A stretch of DNA of 50,252 nt. It comes from Candidatus Methylomirabilales bacterium. GTDB lineage: Bacteria > Methylomirabilota > Methylomirabilia > Methylomirabilales > 2-02-FULL-66-22. Of this stretch, positions 45,047-50,252 are shown piece after piece. Both the position numbers and the translations under genes were made by a program. Numbering within the stretch: the stretch's first letter is position 1; every line of letters starts with the position of its first letter. The notes below the pieces were generated by a model. It ran no database searches. It saw only the letters and a program-made list of their open reading frames with translations, and had not been told where the DNA came from. Location: assembly GCA_041946635.1 (NCBI GenBank), contig JBHGAX010000003.1, positions 1-50,252 on the forward strand. Direction: 5' to 3'.

Positions 45047-45534
45047 CGACGATCTCTTTTCAGATCCCGGGCACCCCCGTCCCCCAGGCCCGCTCGCGGC
45101 ACCGGGTGATGAAGCTCAAGAGCGGCAAGGTGTTCTCCGCGCAGTACGACCCGGCAGAGAGCCGGATCTGGAAGGGCGTCGTCGCCGAGTTCGCGGCCCG
45201 GGCGATGGCGGGGGCGGCGCCGCTGGAGGGGCCGATCGTCCTGGAGGTCGTGTTCGTGTTCCTGCCGCCGGCCAGCCTCCCGCGCAAGCGCATGGCGCAG
45301 CTCATCGCGGCGACCGGCGGCGAGATCCCGAAGACCACCAAGCCCGACCTGAAGAACCTCATTTCCGGCTGCGAGGACGGCATGAACGGCATCGTCTTCC
45401 GCGATGACGGCCAGGTGTGGAGCTACGGGAACAGTCGGAAGATCTTCGGCCCTGCCGCCGAGACGCGGATCACGGTGACGGCGGTGGACATCCAGGCCCG
45501 GCCGGCAGCACAGCCAGCCCTGGCGCTGGCGTGA
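45043..45534 (+). CDS. rusA: RusA-family Holliday junction resolvase
   Basis: PGTPVPQARSR, KPDLKNL...DGMNGIVFRDDGQV. Confidence 0.9.
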   Translation: MTTISFQIPGTPVPQARSRHRVMKLKSGKVFSAQYDPAESRIWKGVVAEFAARAMAGAAPLEGPIVLEVVFVFLPPASLPRKRMAQLIAATGGEIPKTTKPDLKNLISGCEDGMNGIVFRDDGQVWSYGNSRKIFGPAAETRITVTAVDIQARPAAQPALALA

Positions 45535-45541
45535 GGCGGCG

Positions 45542-46153
45542 ATGATCGAGCGGACGTGCGAGCGGTGCGGCGCAACCTTTCACGCTTACCCGTCAATCGT
45601 GAAAGCCGGCCGCGGCCGGTTCTGCTCCCGGACTTGCGGGCAGCGGAGGATCCCGCTTCCCATCGGGCAGCGGTTCGGGCGGCTGACCGTGCTGGAGGAG
45701 GCGCCGAGCGTCGACCATCGCTGGCTCTGGCGTTGCCGCTGTGACTGCGGCGCGACGGTGGACCTCTGGAGCCGACAAGTTCTCACCGGTACGGCCAAGT
45801 CCTGCGGCTGCTACCGGCGGGACTTCTCGCGCGCGAAGGCCACCACGCACGGACAGGCAGCGTGCCGATCCAACGGGCGGACGCGCGAGTATCAGTGTTG
45901 GGGTGCGATGAAGCGGCGCGTAATGAACCCGCACTGCAAAGACTACCCGGACTACGGCGGCCGCGGGATCACGATCGACCCGGCGTGGGTCGAGAGCTTT
46001 GAAGCGTTCTTCCGGGACATGGGCCGGTGCCTGGCCGGCCATACGCTGGACCGCAAGGACAACGACGGCCCGTATTGCAAGGCGAATTGTCGTTGGGCGA
46101 CCCCCAAGGAGCAGGCCAACAACCGCAGGCCCAGAAGGAGGCAGCGAGCATGA
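45542..46153 (+). CDS. HNH homing endonuclease-like protein
   Basis: GQRFGRLTV, CRCDCG, SCGC, YGGRGI, TLDRKDNDGPY...NCRWAT...QANN. Confidence 0.88.
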   Translation: MIERTCERCGATFHAYPSIVKAGRGRFCSRTCGQRRIPLPIGQRFGRLTVLEEAPSVDHRWLWRCRCDCGATVDLWSRQVLTGTAKSCGCYRRDFSRAKATTHGQAACRSNGRTREYQCWGAMKRRVMNPHCKDYPDYGGRGITIDPAWVESFEAFFRDMGRCLAGHTLDRKDNDGPYCKANCRWATPKEQANNRRPRRRQRA

Positions 46154-47079
46154 CGACCGCGACGCAAGAGCAGGCCCTCGCACGGACCGCCGTGCAGGAG
46201 ATCAGCCTCGGGGCGTTTCACTCCATGGACATCCGGGAGCTGGGCCAGATCCTGGTGAAGTCAGGGTACTTCCAGGACGCCAAGGAGGCCTCCCAGGCCA
46301 TGGTGAAGGTGCTCGCCGGCCAGGAGCTGGGCTTCCCGCCGATCGTCTCGATGATGAACCTCTACATCGTCAAGGGGAAGATCAGCCTGGCCGCCAACCT
46401 GGTGGCCACGCAGATCCGGCGGAGCGGCCGGTACGACTACCGGGTCAAGAGCATCACAAACGAGGGCTGCACCCTCGCCTTCTACCAGGGCAACGAGCTG
46501 CTCGGCGAGTCGACCTTCACCGTCGAGGACGCGAAGAAGGCCGGGGTCCTGGGCGGCGACAACTATCAGCACTACCCGCGCAACATGTTCTTCGCCCGCG
46601 CGCTCACGAACGGCGCCCGCTGGTACTGCCCCGACGTGTTCGGCGGCCCCGTCTACACGCCGGACGAGCTGGGCGCCCGGGTGAACGACCTCGGCGAGCC
46701 GATCGACGTGACGCCGGCGCAGGCTCCCATCGCCGAGCCGCTCTCCGTAGCCGAGGCGGCCGCGCAGGCGGCCGGCGGGAACGGCACCGCGACAGCGGCC
46801 CCCGCGACCGAGACGTCGGCCGCACCCTCGGCAGAGGAGCAGGAGGCCATCCGGCAGCAGGAGCGCCACGAGGCGGCGGCCGAGCAGGCGCCTCCACCGA
46901 CCCCGGCTGGCCCGAAGATCGACCGGCAGGCCCTCTGGACGGGCGTCCTGAAGTGGGCGAAGGCCAACGGCAAGAAGCAGGGCGAGGCCCTGTCCACCCT
47001 CATGGGCCGGAACGTGCCCGGGCTGGCGGCCCTCACGGACGCCGAGTGCGTTGAGCTGATGGGGAAGCTGAAGGGGTAA
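46150..47079 (+). CDS. RecT-like single-strand annealing protein
   Basis: KVLAGQELG, FTVEDAKKAG, YPRNMFFARA...CPDVFGG.YTPDELG; upstream of exonuclease. Confidence 0.7.
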   Translation: MTTATQEQALARTAVQEISLGAFHSMDIRELGQILVKSGYFQDAKEASQAMVKVLAGQELGFPPIVSMMNLYIVKGKISLAANLVATQIRRSGRYDYRVKSITNEGCTLAFYQGNELLGESTFTVEDAKKAGVLGGDNYQHYPRNMFFARALTNGARWYCPDVFGGPVYTPDELGARVNDLGEPIDVTPAQAPIAEPLSVAEAAAQAAGGNGTATAAPATETSAAPSAEEQEAIRQQERHEAAAEQAPPPTPAGPKIDRQALWTGVLKWAKANGKKQGEALSTLMGRNVPGLAALTDAECVELMGKLKG

Positions 47080-47212
47080 CCGTTGCCCGCCCTGCGGCGT
47101 GAGCCGAGGACGCGAGGTTTCCGGCTGGGGGCGACCGGCGCTGGCCAACGCCGACCCCAGTACTCGCCGGGGGAAGAACCGGCCAGGGTGGGCAGCACCA
47201 CCAGAGCGAGCC

Positions 47213-47824
47213 ATGCAGATCGAGACCACCGACACAACCTACCGCATCGACGGGCGCGAGTTCCCTAGGGTGACGTCGGTCCTCGGAATCGTTCGGCCGG
47301 ACCTCAAAGAGATCCCGGCCGACGTTCTGGCCCAGGCCGCGGCGCGGGGGCGGGCGGTGCACAAGGGCGTCTGGGCACTCTGCGGGGGCGGCGGCGGGCT
47401 CTACTGGCCGAGCGTCCAGGCGGAGCTGGTGCCGTACCTCCGGGCCTTCGAGGCCGCCCAGGCGGCCCTCGGCTTCACCGTGATCGGCAAGGAGCAGCTC
47501 GTCGTCTCGGCCGTCTTCGGCTACGCGGGGCGGGCGGACCTCATCGTTGAGTGGGGCGGGCGGTTCGGGATCCTGGACCTGAAGACCTCGGCAGAGCCGC
47601 ACCCGGCGTACCGGCTGCAGGTGTCGGCCTACGTGGAGGCGTACCGCGAGACGAGCGGCACCCGGAAGCGGCTCCACCGCTGGATTCTCTACCTCAAGGG
47701 CACCGGGCGCTATCGCCTGGACGCCTGCGAGGACACGACGCACGAGGCAGATTTCAAGGTCTTCACCAACGTCCTGGCCGCCTGGCGGTGGCTGCAGGCG
47801 CAGAACGGGAGGAAGGCAGCATGA
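47213..47824 (+). CDS. PD-(D/E)XK exonuclease (phage recombination type)
   Basis: PRVTSVL, RGRAVH, E, YAGRAD, ILDLKT, QVSAY. Confidence 0.85.
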   Translation: MQIETTDTTYRIDGREFPRVTSVLGIVRPDLKEIPADVLAQAAARGRAVHKGVWALCGGGGGLYWPSVQAELVPYLRAFEAAQAALGFTVIGKEQLVVSAVFGYAGRADLIVEWGGRFGILDLKTSAEPHPAYRLQVSAYVEAYRETSGTRKRLHRWILYLKGTGRYRLDACEDTTHEADFKVFTNVLAAWRWLQAQNGRKAA

Positions 47825-48816
47825 GCAACGGCAACGGCGAGACGACGGTCCTGGAGGCGTCGGAGATCCTCACCCCGTCCGACATCCAGGTCCCGGCCAT
47901 CACGAACACGGCGGAGATCGAGGCCCTGGCGCAGCGCTACGCCGTGGAGGCGCAGGGCGACCTCCGCTTGGCCGAGGCCTGCACCGTCACGGACGACGCG
48001 AGCTACGAGCAGGCCGGGCAGCTCCGCGTGGCCATCGACCGCAAGAAGAAGGGCGGCGAGGGCGTGGTGGAGCTGGTCTGCGGGCCGCTCTACCAGCGCT
48101 GGAAGGCCTTCCGGGAGCTGCTCACGGCCCCCGTGAAGACCCGCGAGCAGGCCGTGAAGCTCCTCTCGGACAAGCGCCTCGCCTACCAGCGGGAGCAGGA
48201 GCGGAAGGCCGAGGAGGCCCGGCTGGAGGCCGAGCGGCGGGCACGCGAGGAGCAGGAGCGGCTGGACAAGCTGGCGAAGGATCGGGCGGAGGCCGCCGAG
48301 CGGAAGGCCCGCGAGGAGGCCGAGAAGGCCGAGGCGATCCGGCGCGAGGCGGAGGCGGCGGCGGCGCGCGAGAAGGACGCCGCGCGGGCCGCGGAAATCC
48401 GACGGCAGGCCGAAGAGGCGGCGGTGAAAGCCGAGGCGAAGGCGGCAGCGGCCATGGAGAAGGCGGAGGCCATCCTGGAGAGCGTGCCCCAGGTGACGCC
48501 CCAGCCGGCGATGGTGTTCAACGTGCCACAGAAGACGGCCGGGATCGCGAAGAACGTCTACTGGCACGCCGCCATCATCGGGACGAACCATGGCAAGTAC
48601 GCGGACGCCATAAAGGGCGCCGGGCCGATGGCGGAGCGGGCGCGGCAGAGCTTCCTGCAACTCGTGACGGCGGTGGCCGCGGGCGAGGTGCCGCTCGACG
48701 CCCTGCTGCCGAACGAGTCGTGGCTCAACAAGACAGCCGCGAGCCTGAAGAAGGCCATGAAGTACCCGGGCGTGGAGGTCTGGGACACCGAGCAGGAGAA
48801 GAGCACGGGCCGCTGA
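47821..48816 (+). CDS. coiled-coil hypothetical protein
   Basis: VTDDASYEQA, long E/A/R/K coiled coil, C-terminal YPGVEV. Confidence 0.6.
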   Translation: MSNGNGETTVLEASEILTPSDIQVPAITNTAEIEALAQRYAVEAQGDLRLAEACTVTDDASYEQAGQLRVAIDRKKKGGEGVVELVCGPLYQRWKAFRELLTAPVKTREQAVKLLSDKRLAYQREQERKAEEARLEAERRAREEQERLDKLAKDRAEAAERKAREEAEKAEAIRREAEAAAAREKDAARAAEIRRQAEEAAVKAEAKAAAAMEKAEAILESVPQVTPQPAMVFNVPQKTAGIAKNVYWHAAIIGTNHGKYADAIKGAGPMAERARQSFLQLVTAVAAGEVPLDALLPNESWLNKTAASLKKAMKYPGVEVWDTEQEKSTGR

Positions 48817-48911
48817 CGGGCCCGAGAAAGGAGGCGAGCGAACCCGACCCAACAGCCCAGCCCCGGGGCAGCCGTGGCAGGCGCCCCGGGGCGCTTCCAC
48901 CAGGAGAGAGC

Positions 48912-49364
48912 ATGCGAGGCGGGAACAGACGGCCAATACGCCCGGTCGCCGAGCGGTTCGAATCATTCGTCGAGCGCATCGCCGGCGTGGATTGCTGGAT
49001 CTGGATGGGCGCGCTCATGGGAGGCGAGCGTGGTGGCTACGGCAGTCTCTCCGTGAATGGTCGGATGAGACCGGCACACCACGTCGCCTACGAGCTCTAC
49101 GTCGGCCCCATCCCGCCGGGGAAGCAACTCGATCACACGTGTCGAGTGAGGTGCTGCGTTCGCCCCTCGCACCTTGAGCCGGTGACGCAGAAGGAGAATA
49201 TCCGGCGCGGTGTCCTGCTAAGGCCGACGGTCTGCCGCAATGGGCATCCACGCACCCCGGACAACACGGAGTGGCGACCAGGGGTCAACGGCCCGCTCTG
49301 CAAGGTCTGCAAGGCCGCCAGGAACCGGAGGTGGTACGCCAACAAAAAGGGGGTGGCAGCGTGA
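48912..49364 (+). CDS. HNH endonuclease
   Basis: CWIWMG, GYG, AHHVAYE, LDHTCRVRCCVRPSHLEPVTQKEN, CRNGH. Confidence 0.9.
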   Translation: MRGGNRRPIRPVAERFESFVERIAGVDCWIWMGALMGGERGGYGSLSVNGRMRPAHHVAYELYVGPIPPGKQLDHTCRVRCCVRPSHLEPVTQKENIRRGVLLRPTVCRNGHPRTPDNTEWRPGVNGPLCKVCKAARNRRWYANKKGVAA

Positions 49365-50038
49365 GCGTCTTGATTTTCGACTGCGAGACCACAGGAGTGA
49401 AGGAACCGCGGCTGGTGGAGGCCGCCTGGGTTCGGCTGTCCCCGGGCCCCACGAGCATCCTGCCGCTGCAGAAGTTCTCCCAGCGCTACAACCCCGGCGT
49501 GCCGATCGAGTGCGGCGCGATGGCCACCCACCACATCATGGACGAGGACGTGCGGGACTGCCCGCCGGCGAGCGAGTTCACCCTGCCGGCGGACACCGCC
49601 TACCTGATCGGGCACAACATTGATTTCGACTGGGAGGTGGCCTGCAGCTGCGGGCCGCAGCCGACACCCAAGCGGATCTGCACGCTGGCCCTCGCGCGGC
49701 ACCTCTGGCCGGACGCCGACTCGCACAGCCTGGCGGCCCTCGCCTACCGCCTGGATCCGCCGCGGGCCCGGATCCTCTGCCCGCACGCCCACGGGGCCGA
49801 GGCGGACGTCCAGCTCGTCCGGGTGATCCTGCTCTTCGCGATCCTGGCCCAGCTCAAGCCCTCGAGCTGGGAGGCGCTCTGGGAGATCTCGGAGCGGGCC
49901 CGGATCCCGGTCTACATGCCATTCGGCAAGTACCGCGACACCGGCATCAAGATCGTGGACATCCCCCGCGACTACAAGGCCTGGCTGCTGCGCCAGGACG
50001 ACGTCGACCCGTACCTGCAGCTGGCGCTGAGGAGATAG
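49361..50038 (+). CDS. DEDDh 3'-5' exonuclease (exonuclease X-like)
   Basis: FDCETTG, GHNIDFD, AHGAEAD, C-terminal MPFGKY. Confidence 0.9.
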   Translation: MSVLIFDCETTGVKEPRLVEAAWVRLSPGPTSILPLQKFSQRYNPGVPIECGAMATHHIMDEDVRDCPPASEFTLPADTAYLIGHNIDFDWEVACSCGPQPTPKRICTLALARHLWPDADSHSLAALAYRLDPPRARILCPHAHGAEADVQLVRVILLFAILAQLKPSSWEALWEISERARIPVYMPFGKYRDTGIKIVDIPRDYKAWLLRQDDVDPYLQLALRR

Positions 50039-50046
50039 ACCGCGCC

Positions 50047-50252
50047 ATGGCGCGACGGATCAGGGCAGCGGATCTCTTCTGCGGCGCGGGCGGGACGTCG
50101 ACGGGGCTCGCTCAGGCCTGCGCCGATCTGGGCCTCGGCCTGGAGCTTCTGGCGATCAACCACTGGTCCGTGGCCATCGAGACGCACACCGCGAACCACC
50201 CGTGGGCCGAGCACCGCTGCGAGAGCCTGGACAACGTGGACCCGCGCAAGGC
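50047..50252 (+). CDS. C5 DNA cytosine methyltransferase, N-terminal part (3'-truncated)
   Basis: MARRIRAADLFCGAGGTSTG (motif I), AINHW..AIETH.ANHP. Confidence 0.9.
   Translation, partial: MARRIRAADLFCGAGGTSTGLAQACADLGLGLELLAINHWSVAIETHTANHPWAEHRCESLDNVDPRK

Noticed and set aside
48180-48480. Repetitive GAGGC/GCGG DNA
   Set aside because: Explained by E/A/R/K coiled-coil codons

Overview
This window is a near-complete, high-GC temperate lambda-like siphophage genome in its excised, circular (attP) configuration. It opens inside a C5 DNA methyltransferase whose N-terminus lies at the far end (50047-50252); the middle catalytic part is missing, so the two ends are separated by a gap. Gene order: three DNA methyltransferases; HerA-like ATPase; DnaB, DUF559-type nuclease and replication initiator with internal iterons; late regulator and HNH; lambda-type head module (Nu1/GpA terminase, gpW, portal, ClpP protease, gpD, gpE); head-tail genes; an inserted block of FN3-, LamG- and Ala/Thr-rich proteins plus a GT9 glycosyltransferase, pyruvyltransferase-like protein and SAM methyltransferase; tail tube, chaperones, tape measure and tail tip; lysis; attP (3' half of tRNA-Leu CAA); then a leftward operon (integrase, exported HNH, bPH membrane protein, repressor). 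A cI/cro-type switch follows, then early genes including a lone response-regulator receiver, RusA, a RecT-like protein with exonuclease, and a DEDDh exonuclease. The best candidate for an undescribed system is the glycan-building cassette in the virion operon. All calls come from motifs and synteny read by eye; no database searches were run.
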